Position numbers and translations under genes: made by a program | Assembly (NCBI GenBank): GCA_963816215.1 | Contig: CAWFKB010000001.1 | Location: forward strand, 54,298 to 118,297 | Length of the DNA stretch: 64,000 nt | Source: an uncultured Chloroflexia bacterium | GTDB lineage: Bacteria > Chloroflexota > Limnocylindria > QHBO01 | Direction: 5' to 3' | Notes under the pieces: generated by a model | Database searches by the model: none | Seen by the model: the letters and a program-made list of their open reading frames with translations, nothing else | What the model was told of the DNA's origin: nothing | Shown: one piece after another, positions 28,940 to 39,859 of the stretch | Position numbering within the stretch: position 1 is the stretch's first letter | Layout: every line of letters starts with the position of its first letter

Positions 28940-29380
28940 ATGGCCACGCTGGTCCGCAGCACCACGATCGCGCGCCCGATAGACGAGGTTTTCGCAGTCG
29001 CGACCGATGTGACCAACACCGGCAAGTGGTTCCCCGGCGACGTCGTCGAGACCTGGACCACGCCGCCGCCTCATGGGGTTGGGAGCGTCCGCCATGCCAC
29101 CGTCACGGTCATGGGCCGCCGAATGGAGAACGACGCGACGGTGACCGAGTTCGACCCGCCGCGCCACGGGGTAATGCAGGGCGCCCAGCAAGGTGTGTCG
29201 TGGGTCGGGACGGTCGAGTGCACGCCGGTCGACGGGGGGACGCGGCTGGACTTCACGTTCGACGCGAATGCCGGCGGGGCCATGCGCCTGTTCATGGGCC
29301 CCTTCATGAACTGGTACGGAAATAGCTGGACGACGGGCCTGGCCAACCTCAAGCGGATGATGGAGTCGGGCGAGCTCTAG
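28940..29380 (+). CDS. SRPBCC (polyketide cyclase-like) protein
   Basis: IARPIDEVF, VTEFDPP, LANLKRMME. Confidence 0.85.
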   Translation: MATLVRSTTIARPIDEVFAVATDVTNTGKWFPGDVVETWTTPPPHGVGSVRHATVTVMGRRMENDATVTEFDPPRHGVMQGAQQGVSWVGTVECTPVDGGTRLDFTFDANAGGAMRLFMGPFMNWYGNSWTTGLANLKRMMESGEL

Positions 29381-29419
29381 GCATCGCACGCTGGCGTGGC
29401 GGCTGTACGATCGGTGCCG

Positions 29420-29842
29420 ATGGCTGACCCCAGGTACGCACCGCCCCGCGGCCGCACTCCGCCGCTCGATCCCGCAGAGGCTGATCGCCTGTTCCGCGAG
29501 GGCGTGGCCCTGTTCAATGACGCCCGCTACTGGCATGCCCACGAGGCGTGGGAGACGCTCTGGCGAGCGGCGCCCGAGGAGGAGCGCGACTTCTACCAGG
29601 GCCTGATCAAGATCGCGGCCGGGTTCCTCCACCTCGGTCGTCGCAACTGGCGCGGGGCGAAGAGCAAGCTGGCGGAGGGAATCGCCCAGCTCCAACCGTA
29701 TGAACCCATTCACCAGGGCATCGGCGTGACCGAGCTCGCTCGCAAGGCAGAGGAGGTCCTCGCCGACCTCGACGCTGGCGCCCGGCCATATCTCATCCCG
29801 CCGAACATTCGACTTGTGAGCTCCACCGTCGTGGACCGATGA
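29420..29842 (+). CDS. DUF309 protein
   Basis: [23 protein letters not shown]. Confidence 0.9.
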   Translation: MADPRYAPPRGRTPPLDPAEADRLFREGVALFNDARYWHAHEAWETLWRAAPEEERDFYQGLIKIAAGFLHLGRRNWRGAKSKLAEGIAQLQPYEPIHQGIGVTELARKAEEVLADLDAGARPYLIPPNIRLVSSTVVDR

Positions 29843-31231
29843 CCGAGGAGGCAACCCGACTGGAGCACGATTCCATGGGCGAGGTCGCGGTCCCCGCCAG
29901 CGCCAAGTGGGGCGCCACCACTCAGCGCGCGGTCGAGAACTTCCCCATCTCTGGGTTGCGCCTGGACCCGGCGGTCATTCACGCCCTGGGTCGGATCAAG
30001 GCCGCGGCGGCGTCGGTCAATGCCTCGCTGGGGGTGCTGGAGCCCGATGCGGCGGCTGCCATCCGGGCGGCTGCCGAGGAAGTGGCTGCCGGCGGCTGGG
30101 ACGACCAGTTCCCGATCGACGTGTACCAGACCGGCTCGGGCACCTCGTCGAACATGAACGCCAACGAGGTCATCGCCACGCTGGCCGCCGAGCAGTTCGG
30201 GCAGCCGGTCCATCCCAACGACCAGGTCAATGCGTCCCAGTCCAGCAACGACGTGATCCCGTCGGCCATTCACCTGGCGGCCACCGACGGGGTAGTGAAC
30301 GCCCTCATCCCGGCGCTCAGCAACGCTGGCCGAGGCGCTGGAGGCCAAGGCCGACGAGTTCGCCGACGTCGTGAAGTCCGGACGCACCCATCTCATGGAC
30401 GCCACCCCGGTCACGCTGGGCCAGGAGTTCGGCGGGTACGCGGCGCAGGTTCGCTACGGGATCGAGCGGCTGGACGCGACCCTCCCCCGGGTGGCCGAGC
30501 TGGCCCTGGGCGGGACCGCGGTCGGCACCGGGATCAACACCCCGCCCGGCTTCGCGGCAGCCGTCATCGAGGAGCTGCGCCAGACCACCGGCCTGCCGCT
30601 GACCGAGGCCCGCAACCATTTCGAGGCCCAGGGCGCGCGTGACGGGCTGGTGGAGCTGAGCGGCCAGCTGCGGACCATTGCCATCGGTCTGTACAAGATC
30701 GCGACCGACATCCGGTGGATGGCCTCCGGTCCGCGCGCCGGGCTGGCCGAGATCCACATCCCGGACCTGCAGCCGGGGAGCAGCATCATGCCCGGCAAGG
30801 TGAACCCGGTGATCCCCGAGGCGCTGTCCATGGTCTGCGCGCAGGTCATCGGCAACGACGCGGCCATCGCGTTCGGCGGCGCGGCCGGCAACTTCGAGCT
30901 GAACATCATGCTGCCCATGCTGGCCCGCAACGTGCTGGAGTCCATCCGGCTGCTGGCCAGCGCTTCGGTCCTCTTCGCAGACCGATGCGTCAGCGGCATC
31001 ACCGCTGACGAGGCCCGCGCCCGCGAGTTCGCCGAGGGCTCCCTTTCCCTGGCCACCGCCTTGAACCCGGTCCTCGGCTACGAGGAAGCGGCCAGCATCG
31101 CCAAGCAGGCGCTCGCCGAGCGGAAGTCCATCCGGGACGTCGTCATCGAGCGTGGTCACGTCGATGCCGGTCGCATCACCCTCGAGAACCTCGACCGCCT
31201 CCTCGACGTGCGGGGGATGACTGGGCGCTAG
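29839..31231 (+). CDS. fumC: Class II fumarate hydratase; frameshift near 30322
   Basis: [33 protein letters not shown]. Confidence 0.93.
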
Positions 31232-32361
31232 TTGATCGCGGCTCCGAAGAGGGTGCCGATCCCGAAGGTGATGGCCGCCGCGGCCATTCCGAAAGCAAGC
31301 TGACGGAGGCCCGACCGGAGCACGCCGCGGCCCGTCACCAGCGTGATAGCGGCCCCGACCACGAACAGGGCAATGCCGGCGCCTATTGCGGACACAACGA
31401 TGGCCGGCGTCCCGATCAGGAACAGGTACGGGATCACCGGCACGATGGCGCCCACCGCGAACAGGACGAACGACGTGCCGGCCGCGACCCAGGCGGATCC
31501 ACCCAGCTCATTGGGGTCGATGCCCAGCTCCTCGCGAGCCATGGTGGCCACGGCCACCGCACGGTCGCCGGTGATGATCCGGTGGGCCATCTCGCGTGCC
31601 GCCGCGGGCGGGACGCCCTTCGCCTCGTAGATGAGGCGCAGCTCCTCCTCCTCTTCCTCCGGCATCTCGGCGATCTCCCGGGCTTCCGCGGCGATCTGGT
31701 TCGCGTAGAGCTCACGCGCGCTCTGGACGCTGAGCCACTCGCCGAGGGCCATGGACAGCGCGCCGGCCAGCAGCCCCGCGAAGCCGGCCACCAGGATCGC
31801 GGTTCGGTCCCCTCCAGCCCCCGCGACGCCCATCACCAGGCTGAAGTTGCTGACCAGTCCGTCGTTGGCACCCAGCACGGCGGCCCGCAGCGCGTTCCCG
31901 CCCACCGCCCGATGCCGGCCTTCGAAGCGGGCCAGCACGCCGCCCTCCATTCCGCGCGTCACCTCGGCGAGCACCCGGGCGTGGGACCGCTCGTCCGCAG
32001 CGAGACTCGTTCCGGCAGCCTCGGGCTGGTCGTCGTACTGCGCCTGGGCGGCCGCCTCCGCACTGGCCATGGTCGACGCCACCCAGCCTGGCCCCAGGTG
32101 CCGGGCGACGAATGCGAGCGTGCGTGCCCGGCGCGTCGGGGAAGTGGGGAACGGCGCATTGACCGACACCAGGTGGTCCCGCCACAGCGCGCCGTGCCGT
32201 TCCTCGGTCTCGGCAAGGCGCGTGTAGAGCTCGGTCAGATTCGGGTCACGAGAGCCCTCGGCCATCGCCCGGTAGACGGCAACACCATCCAGCTCGCCCT
32301 GGAGGTTCGCTCGCCAGCGGGCGGCCGCAGCAGGTTCGGCTGTCTTGGTCGTGCGCGTCAC
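31228..32361 (-). CDS. VIT1/CCC1 transporter with ferritin-like N-terminal domain
   Basis: E..H motifs, [24 protein letters not shown]. Confidence 0.92.
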   Translation of the reverse strand: MTRTTKTAEPAAAARWRANLQGELDGVAVYRAMAEGSRDPNLTELYTRLAETEERHGALWRDHLVSVNAPFPTSPTRRARTLAFVARHLGPGWVASTMASAEAAAQAQYDDQPEAAGTSLAADERSHARVLAEVTRGMEGGVLARFEGRHRAVGGNALRAAVLGANDGLVSNFSLVMGVAGAGGDRTAILVAGFAGLLAGALSMALGEWLSVQSARELYANQIAAEAREIAEMPEEEEEELRLIYEAKGVPPAAAREMAHRIITGDRAVAVATMAREELGIDPNELGGSAWVAAGTSFVLFAVGAIVPVIPYLFLIGTPAIVVSAIGAGIALFVVGAAITLVTGRGVLRSGLRQLAFGMAAAAITFGIGTLFGAAIN

Positions 32362-32456
32362 TGAGTGGCGACGATACGCTGGCCGGCTTCCGCGCGTGCA
32401 GTCCGAAACGGGCGCAGACCCTACAATCCACGGACCCTGAGGAGGCGATCTGACCC

Positions 32457-33968
32457 GTGACCACTGCCACCGCTACGAGCTACAAGAACCTGATTGCCGG
32501 GAAGTGGGTTGACGCCAAGTCCGGCAAGACCTTCACCTCGACCAGCCCGGCCAACCGGGACGACGTCATCGGTGAGTTCCCGTCCAGCGGGAAGGACGAC
32601 GTCAACGCGGCGGTCGCGGCCGCCAAAGCGGCGTATCTGGCCTGGTCGATGATGCCGGCCCCCAAGCGGGGCGAGATCCTGTTCAAGGTCGCGCGGATCC
32701 TGAACGAGCACAAGGAAGAGCTGTCGCGGCTCCTGACCCGCGAGATGGGCAAGGTCCTTCCCGAGGCGCGCGGCGACGTCCAGGAGGCGATCGACGTCGC
32801 GTACTACATGGCCGGCGAGGGGCGCCGCCTGTTCGGCTACACCGTGCCTTCGGAGATGCCCGACAAGTTCGCGATGGCCATCCGCAAGCCGATCGGGGTG
32901 GCCGCGATCATCGCGCCCTGGAACTTCCCGGTCGCCATCCCGGCATGGAAGCTCTTCCCGGCGCTGATCTGCGGCAACACGGCGGTCATGAAACCCGCCT
33001 CGGACACGCCGGCGTGCATGATCCGATTCACCGAGCTCCTGCTCGAAGGCGGCATTCCCGACGGCGTGGTGAACGTCGTGACCGGCTCCGGCAACGACGT
33101 GGGGCATCCGCTCGTCGAGCACCCCGACGTCAAGCTCGTCTCGTTCACCGGTCACACCGAGACAGGGGTCGACATCTCGTCCCGGGCGGCGAAGACCCTC
33201 AAGCGCGTCAGCCTGGAGCTGGGCGGCAAGAACCCGATCGTCATCTGGGAGGACGCGGATCTCGACCTCGCCCTGGACTCGGTCATCTGGTCGGCCTTCG
33301 GAACCAGCGGCCAGCGCTGCACCGCAGCCAGCCGGATCATCGTCCATCGGTCCATCCACGACACGTTCGTCCAAAAGCTCCAGAAGCGGGTGGCGACACT
33401 TGCCCTGGGGGATGGCCTGCTGGACACGACCGATGTCGGCCCGGTCATCAACGAGAAGGCCGTCGAGCGCATCGGTGGGTACGTGCACATCGGTCAGAAT
33501 GAAGCCGAGCTCGTGGTGGGCGGCCATCCGGCCCGTGACGGGGACCTGGCCAAGGGCTCCTTCTTCGAGCCCACCGTGTTCGCCGACGTGAAGGGCGACG
33601 CCCGGATTGCGCAGGAGGAGATCTTCGGCCCGGTGACCGCGGTCATTCCGGTCGACACCTGGGATGAGGCGGTGGGCGTAGTCAACAGCGTTCAGTACGG
33701 GCTGTCGACCTCGTTGTTCACGAACGATGTCAACCTGGCGTTCCGCTCGATCCGTGACTTCGACTCCGGGTTGGGCTACGTGAACCACGGCACCATCGGC
33801 GCCGAAGCGCATCTCCCGTTCGGCGGGACGAAGGCCACCGGCAACGGCCACCGTGAGGTGGGACAGACCGCGCTCGATTTCTACACCGAGTGGAAGAGCG
33901 TCTACATCGACTACTCCGGCAAGCTGCAGCGGGCGCAGATCGACATGGAGTTCGTCGATCAGGACTAG
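32457..33968 (+). CDS. Aldehyde dehydrogenase
   Basis: PWNFP, FTGH, LELGGKN, GQRCT, EEIFGP; TACAAT and GGAGG upstream. Confidence 0.95.
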   Translation: MTTATATSYKNLIAGKWVDAKSGKTFTSTSPANRDDVIGEFPSSGKDDVNAAVAAAKAAYLAWSMMPAPKRGEILFKVARILNEHKEELSRLLTREMGKVLPEARGDVQEAIDVAYYMAGEGRRLFGYTVPSEMPDKFAMAIRKPIGVAAIIAPWNFPVAIPAWKLFPALICGNTAVMKPASDTPACMIRFTELLLEGGIPDGVVNVVTGSGNDVGHPLVEHPDVKLVSFTGHTETGVDISSRAAKTLKRVSLELGGKNPIVIWEDADLDLALDSVIWSAFGTSGQRCTAASRIIVHRSIHDTFVQKLQKRVATLALGDGLLDTTDVGPVINEKAVERIGGYVHIGQNEAELVVGGHPARDGDLAKGSFFEPTVFADVKGDARIAQEEIFGPVTAVIPVDTWDEAVGVVNSVQYGLSTSLFTNDVNLAFRSIRDFDSGLGYVNHGTIGAEAHLPFGGTKATGNGHREVGQTALDFYTEWKSVYIDYSGKLQRAQIDMEFVDQD

Positions 33969-34045
33969 GGCCTTTTTTCACTCTCTGGGCGGGGTCAGCC
34001 AGACCCTTTGCCAAGCGGGGAGCGGCGTGCCAGCATGCGCCTCTC

Positions 34046-34813
34046 ATGCGGCTCCCCCTCTTCCCACTGCACGTGGTGGCCTTCCCGCATTTGCCCCTGC
34101 CGCTCCATATCTTTGAGCGCCGCTACCGGGCGATGACCCGCGACCTGCTGGACGACGACAACCCGTACGGTGGGCGGTTCGTGGTGACCATGATCTCGGC
34201 CGGGCGCGAGGTGGCGTCGCAGCCGAAGACCGGCCAGCTCACGGTGCGCCGGGTGGGGACCATCTGCGAGGTCCGCCGGGCCGACAAGTTCGCCGACGGC
34301 CGATACGCGCTGTTGGCAGTGGGGATCGGTCGGGCACGGATCCGAAATGTCGATGACACGGGCGAGTACGCCGTGGCCGACGTGATCGCCCTGGACGAGC
34401 GGGCGGGCGACGAGGCCGAATCATTGATTCCCGACGTCCAGGTGGCGCTCGATGGCTACCTGTCGACCATCCGCCGCTTCCTGGCCGAGCGCGATGCGGC
34501 CGAGGTGGAGGACCTGCTGTCCGAGATTGGGGAGGACGTCGACCCGGACAGCTCGTCTGCCGGTGACGTCAAGCGCTCGGTCCGCATGGAGCGGTTGATC
34601 AAGCCCCTCCGCCTGCCGTCGGACCCGCTGGCCGCCAGTTACGCGGTGGCCGGCGTGCTCCAGGTGGAGCTGTCGCGCAAGCAGCGGCTGCTCGAGGCGC
34701 CCGATGCCGCGGCGCGGCTCCGCGCCGAGCTGGCCCTGCTCCAGCGGGAGGCGCAGCTCCTCGGTGACTCCTCGCTGGCACCCATGGGCCGATTTGAGTA
34801 CCACGCCAACTGA
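34046..34813 (+). CDS. Lon peptidase substrate-binding domain protein
   Basis: LPLFPL..V.FP...LPLHIFERRYR. Confidence 0.9.
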   Translation: MRLPLFPLHVVAFPHLPLPLHIFERRYRAMTRDLLDDDNPYGGRFVVTMISAGREVASQPKTGQLTVRRVGTICEVRRADKFADGRYALLAVGIGRARIRNVDDTGEYAVADVIALDERAGDEAESLIPDVQVALDGYLSTIRRFLAERDAAEVEDLLSEIGEDVDPDSSSAGDVKRSVRMERLIKPLRLPSDPLAASYAVAGVLQVELSRKQRLLEAPDAAARLRAELALLQREAQLLGDSSLAPMGRFEYHAN

Positions 34814-34817
34814 ACCG

Positions 34818-35786
34818 ATGCCGGCCGGCTGGCGCCGCCCGGCTCTGATCCTGCTCACCGTTCTCCTGGCCCTCGCCGCTTGCCAGGCATCCGCCTCGAC
34901 GAGCCCCTCCCCAACGGCCTTGCCGTCGGCAACCGCATGCCCGACGATCGCGCCCTCTCAGACTGCCGGCCCCAGCCCGGGACCCAGCGCCACCGCCGAG
35001 CCGACGACCTGTCCTCCCCCAACCCAGCCGCCCACGCCAAGCCCGACCGCCGCTCCCACTCCGTCACCGGTTGCGTCCGGCTGCTCGGCGGGCAACCGGG
35101 TGGCGGCCGGCGAGCCGGAGATCATCGTGCAGGCGCCGAACGCGGGTCAGGCCATGGCCCTCACCTTCGACATGGGCGGTCGCCTGGATCCGGCCCTCGA
35201 CATCCTTCAGTTCCTGATCGACAACCACGTGTGCGCCACACTGTTCCCGACAGGCGCCATGAGCGCCACATCGACGGGCCAGCAGGTGCTGGCCGTCGTC
35301 CGTGCGCACCCTGAGCTGTTCGAGCTCGGGAACCACACCATGCATCACTGCAACCTGCGCAACGGCGGCGACGGATCACCGACGACCGCTCCGTGCCAGA
35401 CCGGTGGTCCACCCGGCACGGCGTTCGTGTCGGCGGAGCTGACCGATGCGGCCGCCATCCTCGAGGCGGGCAGCGGCCAGGACCCGGCTCCCTACTGGCG
35501 CCCGCCGTACGGGGTGTACACCGACCAGGTCCTCGCCACGGCGGCGGGCATGGGGTACACGAAGACCATCATGTGGTCGATCGACACGATCGATTGGAGG
35601 CTCATCTCCGATGGCGGCCCCACCGCCGCGCAGATCACGAGCAAGGTCGTGACCTCGGCCACCAGCGGCTCCATCGTCCTCATGCACCTGGGCGGGTACG
35701 AGACCCTGGACGCGATCACCCTGATGGTCCCCGCGCTCCGCAATCGGGGCCTGCTCCTGACGTCGATCAGCGACCTGCTGAACTAG
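34818..35786 (+). CDS. Polysaccharide deacetylase lipoprotein
   Basis: Lipobox LAAC, P/T linker, LTFDMG, NHTMHH, RPPYG, WSIDTIDW, IVLMH. Confidence 0.9.
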   Translation: MPAGWRRPALILLTVLLALAACQASASTSPSPTALPSATACPTIAPSQTAGPSPGPSATAEPTTCPPPTQPPTPSPTAAPTPSPVASGCSAGNRVAAGEPEIIVQAPNAGQAMALTFDMGGRLDPALDILQFLIDNHVCATLFPTGAMSATSTGQQVLAVVRAHPELFELGNHTMHHCNLRNGGDGSPTTAPCQTGGPPGTAFVSAELTDAAAILEAGSGQDPAPYWRPPYGVYTDQVLATAAGMGYTKTIMWSIDTIDWRLISDGGPTAAQITSKVVTSATSGSIVLMHLGGYETLDAITLMVPALRNRGLLLTSISDLLN

Positions 35787-36466
35787 CCCAAGGCGGTTGC
35801 GCGCCGGATACGCCAGCCCGAGGCAGCGTCCACGGCGGCCTCGGTCGCGCCGGGGTGGAGGGTGGTCAGCTCCATCTCACCGTCGCTGCCGAACCGGTAG
35901 ATGCCGAGCTGGGTGATGACCGCGGTCGGGCCGGCGCCGGCCCACGGCGGGCGCATGGTGCCGTCCGGGTGGTGGTGTCCGGGCGAGGTGACGAAGTCCA
36001 CCCGATCCACGAACGAGCGGGCCGACTGGCTCATGACGATCACGACCCGCGCCGCGTTCAGGGCGATCTCGCACGCGCCCCCCGAGCCCGGCAGCCGCGT
36101 GGTGGGATGGTCGTAGGGACCGATGACCGTAGTGTTGAGGTTGCCCCAGCGGTCGATCTGGGCGGCGCCAAGCATTCCGACCTCGATCCGCCCGCCCTGG
36201 AGGAAGTAGGCGAACAGGTCGTGCATGGACATGGTCGCGGTGGCCCCCGAGACGAGGGCCGGGTCGCCGATGCTGTCCGGCAGACGCTGCGGGCGCGAAC
36301 CGATGACACCCGACTCATAGATCAGCTCCAGGTCCGGCGCGACGGTCTGGCGGGCAAGGTTGGCGGCGGCATTAGGCAGACCGATGCCCACGAACACGGT
36401 CCGGACCCCCACCAGCTCCTGGGCGGCGGCCGTGATCATCAGCTCGTCGGGTGACGTGGTGGTCAT
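35783..36466 (-). CDS. CoA-transferase beta subunit (glutaconate/3-oxoadipate type)
   Basis: FVGIGLP, LIYESG, AAQIDRWGNLN, RLPGSGGA. Confidence 0.9.
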   Translation of the reverse strand: MTTTSPDELMITAAAQELVGVRTVFVGIGLPNAAANLARQTVAPDLELIYESGVIGSRPQRLPDSIGDPALVSGATATMSMHDLFAYFLQGGRIEVGMLGAAQIDRWGNLNTTVIGPYDHPTTRLPGSGGACEIALNAARVVIVMSQSARSFVDRVDFVTSPGHHHPDGTMRPPWAGAGPTAVITQLGIYRFGSDGEMELTTLHPGATEAAVDAASGWRIRRATALG

Positions 36467-37374
36467 CGGTATTCGCCGTAGTCGACCGATCCGGAGGGCC
36501 GGGGGCCGGGCTTCAGGCCGTCCAGGACGGCGTGGTCCAGTTTGGCGACGTAAGCCGCTCGATCCGGGATGTCGTGCACCCATTCGCCGAGCCATGCCTG
36601 CAGGCGATCCGGATCCCGGCTGATGGCGTCCCAGTCGCGATAGAAGGCGTTGTCGCGGTCGTAGTAGCCCTGCGCGAAGGACGGATGCGCCCCGTAGGGC
36701 TCCACGCAGACGGCCGTGACCGCCACCCGGGGGAGCAGCGTGCGGTCGGGGTCCGAGCGGATGACGTCGCCGTCCACCAGCTCCTCGACCACCACGATCA
36801 CGCGCTCGGCGGCGAGGGCCGCCTCGCGCTGGACGCCGACCAGGCCCCAGACCTGGACATTGCCATCAGTGTCCGCGCGCTGGGCATGGATGATCGTGAC
36901 GTCGGGATTGAGGGGCGGGACGACCGCGATCTCGTCGCTGGGGTCGTAGGGGGACGCGACAGTGCGGATCCGGGAGTTGACGGCCGGCAGGTCGGACCCC
37001 GCGTACGAACGCAGCGGGTAGAAAGGGAGATGCGCGGCGCCGGCCACGTAGCGGCCCACCATTCCAAAGTGGCTGTACTCCTCGATCTCCAGCTCGCCCG
37101 CCTCGATGGCGCGCCGGACCGCGTGCAGCGAGCCGACGCCCGGGTTGCCGAGCCACGAGAAAACGAGCCTGTTGGCGCACCCGGCGGCCACCATCTGGTC
37201 GTACACGAGATCCGGAGTGAGCCTCGCCAGGGTCAGATTGCGCCGACCCTGGCGGATGATCTCGTGACCGGCCGCGAACGAGATGAGGTGGGTGAACCCC
37301 TCGATCGCCACGACGTCTCCGTCGTGAACGTGCTCGGCGACTGCCTCTGAGAGTGAAACGACCTTGGAGGCCGT
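36463..37374 (-). CDS. CoA-transferase alpha subunit, apparent ACG start
   Basis: SKVVSLSEAVAEHVHDGDVVAIEGFTH, IIHAQRAD..GN, GAHPS. Confidence 0.88.
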   Translation of the reverse strand, partial: TASKVVSLSEAVAEHVHDGDVVAIEGFTHLISFAAGHEIIRQGRRNLTLARLTPDLVYDQMVAAGCANRLVFSWLGNPGVGSLHAVRRAIEAGELEIEEYSHFGMVGRYVAGAAHLPFYPLRSYAGSDLPAVNSRIRTVASPYDPSDEIAVVPPLNPDVTIIHAQRADTDGNVQVWGLVGVQREAALAAERVIVVVEELVDGDVIRSDPDRTLLPRVAVTAVCVEPYGAHPSFAQGYYDRDNAFYRDWDAISRDPDRLQAWLGEWVHDIPDRAAYVAKLDHAVLDGLKPGPRPSGSVDYGEYR

Positions 37375-37377
37375 GGC

Positions 37378-38751
37378 TCAGCCTCCGGTTTCGTCCAGCC
37401 CGGGCAGCGGCCGGATGGGATATCCCAGCGAGGCAAGCGCTTCGGTGTACAGGCGAATCGCGGTATCCACCGCCGCCTCGTCCACGATGAGCGGCGGGCA
37501 GAACCGAATGGACGCTTCCCCGCACTCGAGGATCAGCAGGCCGCGCTCGAACGCCGCGTACTCGAGGGCGTTGGCCTCGTCGTGGCTGCCGAACTCGACA
37601 CCGAGCATGAGCCCCATGCCGCGGATGTCGCGCACTCCGCCGCACTCCTCCGAGGCGTACTCCACGCCCGCTCGGAGCCGCTCGCCCATGCGTGCCGCGT
37701 TCTCCACGAGGCCGCCCTCGACCAGGTCGAGGGTCGCCAGCGCGGCGGCGCAGCACACCGGGTTGCCCGCGAACGTGCTGCCATGCGTGCCCGCGGTCCA
37801 GGTGAACAGGTGCTCCTTGCCGATGAAGGCTCCCAGGGGCATCCCGGAGGCGATGCCCTTGGCCACCGTGATGACGTCGGGCTCCACCTTGTAGTGCTCC
37901 ATGGCCCACATCCGCCCGGTGCGGCCCATGCCCGTTTGGATCTCGTCGGCGATGAGCACGATCCCGTACTCGTCGCAGATCTCGCGCAGACCCCGGACGA
38001 ACGCGTCGGGCGCCGGGAAGTAGCCGCCCTCACCCTGGATCGGCTCGAACACGATCGCGGCCACGTCCTCCGGGGGCACGAGACGCCCGAGGATCGCGCT
38101 GCGCAGATGCTCCAGCTCCGCGCTGCCGTCGCCTCCAGTTCCCTGGTGCCACGAGCGGACCCGCGGGAACGGGGCGTGGTAGACCATGGGCAGGAGCGGA
38201 CCGAAGCCGGCCCGCTGCTTGATCTTCGAGTTGGTGAGCGACAGGGCGCCCATCGTTCGCCCGTGGAACGCGCCTTCGAACGCGATGATTCCCGGGCGCC
38301 CGGTGTGATGGCGCGCGAGCTTGATGGCGCCCTCCACCGCTTCGGTCCCCGAGTTGGTGAGGAAGACGCGGGCCTTCTCCTCGAAGGGCGCGATGGCGGC
38401 CAGGCGCTCGCACAGCTCGAGGTATCGCGGCTCGTAGAAGTCGGTGGCCGCGATGTGGATGAGCTGGTGGGCCTGGGTGGCGATGGCATCGGCCACCGTC
38501 GGATGCGCGTGGCCGGTGGCGGCGACCGCGATCCCGGCCGCGAAGTCGAGGAACTGGTTGCCATCGACGTCGGTCACGACGTAGCCCCGCCCCGACTCGG
38601 CGACGAGTGGGTAGGCGCGGGTCAGCGAGGGGCTGGTGACTGTGGCGTCCCGGGCGATAATCTCGCGTGCGCGTGGCCCGGGGAGCTCGGTGATGATGTT
38701 GGGGATGGGCGATGCGGCATCGGCCGCTTGACGGAAGGCCCGAACGGTCAT
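37378..38751 (-). CDS. Class III aminotransferase (GABA/ornithine/lysine type)
   Basis: DVDGN.FLDF, NSGTEAVE, FHGRT, EPIQGEGG, DEIQTG, AKGIASG. Confidence 0.93.
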   Translation of the reverse strand: MTVRAFRQAADAASPIPNIITELPGPRAREIIARDATVTSPSLTRAYPLVAESGRGYVVTDVDGNQFLDFAAGIAVAATGHAHPTVADAIATQAHQLIHIAATDFYEPRYLELCERLAAIAPFEEKARVFLTNSGTEAVEGAIKLARHHTGRPGIIAFEGAFHGRTMGALSLTNSKIKQRAGFGPLLPMVYHAPFPRVRSWHQGTGGDGSAELEHLRSAILGRLVPPEDVAAIVFEPIQGEGGYFPAPDAFVRGLREICDEYGIVLIADEIQTGMGRTGRMWAMEHYKVEPDVITVAKGIASGMPLGAFIGKEHLFTWTAGTHGSTFAGNPVCCAAALATLDLVEGGLVENAARMGERLRAGVEYASEECGGVRDIRGMGLMLGVEFGSHDEANALEYAAFERGLLILECGEASIRFCPPLIVDEAAVDTAIRLYTEALASLGYPIRPLPGLDETGG

Positions 38752-38797
38752 GTGGGGACCCCTGGTCGAAAGCGGCGCGTCCTGCCCGCGCCCCTGG

Positions 38798-39859
38798 CTA
38801 ACTCACCGGTGATGTTACCGCGTCAACCACCTCTCCAAGCAAGCCCGGACCGGAAAAGACGATGCCGGTCCATAACTGGACGAGATCAGCGCCGGCATCC
38901 ATGGCGTGTCGCGCATCGGTTCCGGAGAAGATCCCGCCCGAGCCGATGAGGGTGTACCGATCCCCACTGTGGGTGCGAATGGCGCCGATGGCGCCCAGCA
39001 TCCCGTCCCGCAGGGGCCTCCCCGACAACCCGCCCGACTCGGCCCCAGGGGGGAGCGGGCCGTGGAGCCCGATCCGCGCCGTGGTCGTATTGGTAAGGAT
39101 CAGGCCGGCAACGGCGGTGGGCGCCAGGGCGTCGGCGACCGCGGTGAGGGCCTCCGGTGCCAGGTCCGCGGAAAGCTTCACGACCAGCGGACGTTTCGGC
39201 TCGATGTCGCTCAACGCGGCGACGATGGCGACCAGCCGCTCCGGGTCCTGGAGCGAGGCCAGGCCGGCGGTGTTCGGGGAGCTGACGTTGATGGCCACGT
39301 AGTCGGCCACCGGAGCCACGGCCGCCATGGCGGCCCGGTAGTCGTCCGCCGCCGCCTCGTCCGAGGTGCCCATCCCACGCCCGATGCTCACGCCCACCAC
39401 GAAGCGTGGCGGCAACCACGGTCGCGTTCGGCGGACCTGTTCGGCCAGCGCGGTCGCCCCACGGTTGTTGAACCCCATCCGGTTGACGATGGCCCCGTCC
39501 TCGGGGAGCCGCCACACCCGCGGGCGCGGGTTCCCGGGTTGCGGCTGGGGCGTGACGGTCCCGACCTCCGCGAACCCGAACCCGAGCCCGGCCCAGCCCG
39601 CGAGCGCCTCCCCGTCCTTGTCGAATCCCGCGCCCAGGCCCACCGGGTTGCGGAACCACAGGCCCATGCGCTCGACCGGGCGCGTGGCGCTCCACGCCTC
39701 GGGCGGCCCGTCGTGCGCGAGCCGGCTGAGCAGAGAACGCCCGTACGAGCCCTCGCCTGCCTTGCGGGTCAGGGTCACCGTCGTGCGGTGGATCCACTCC
39801 GTGTCAGTGGCGAACAGGAGCGGGCGCAGGCCCTCGTAGACGTCCCGCTGCCAGCCCAT
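38798..39859 (-). CDS. pyrD: Quinone-dependent dihydroorotate dehydrogenase
   Basis: NPVGLGAGFDK, NRMGFNN, INVSSPNT, GGLSG. Confidence 0.95.
   Translation of the reverse strand: MGWQRDVYEGLRPLLFATDTEWIHRTTVTLTRKAGEGSYGRSLLSRLAHDGPPEAWSATRPVERMGLWFRNPVGLGAGFDKDGEALAGWAGLGFGFAEVGTVTPQPQPGNPRPRVWRLPEDGAIVNRMGFNNRGATALAEQVRRTRPWLPPRFVVGVSIGRGMGTSDEAAADDYRAAMAAVAPVADYVAINVSSPNTAGLASLQDPERLVAIVAALSDIEPKRPLVVKLSADLAPEALTAVADALAPTAVAGLILTNTTTARIGLHGPLPPGAESGGLSGRPLRDGMLGAIGAIRTHSGDRYTLIGSGGIFSGTDARHAMDAGADLVQLWTGIVFSGPGLLGEVVDAVTSPVS

Noticed and set aside
30300-30370. Programmed frameshifting in fumC (likewise hutU and liuB)
   Set aside because: No slippery heptamer or stimulatory structure seen; scattered indels explain the breaks more simply
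35155-35180. Inactive deacetylase because of TFDMG instead of TFDDG
   Set aside because: Variation at this position occurs in active NodB-family members, and the other motifs are intact
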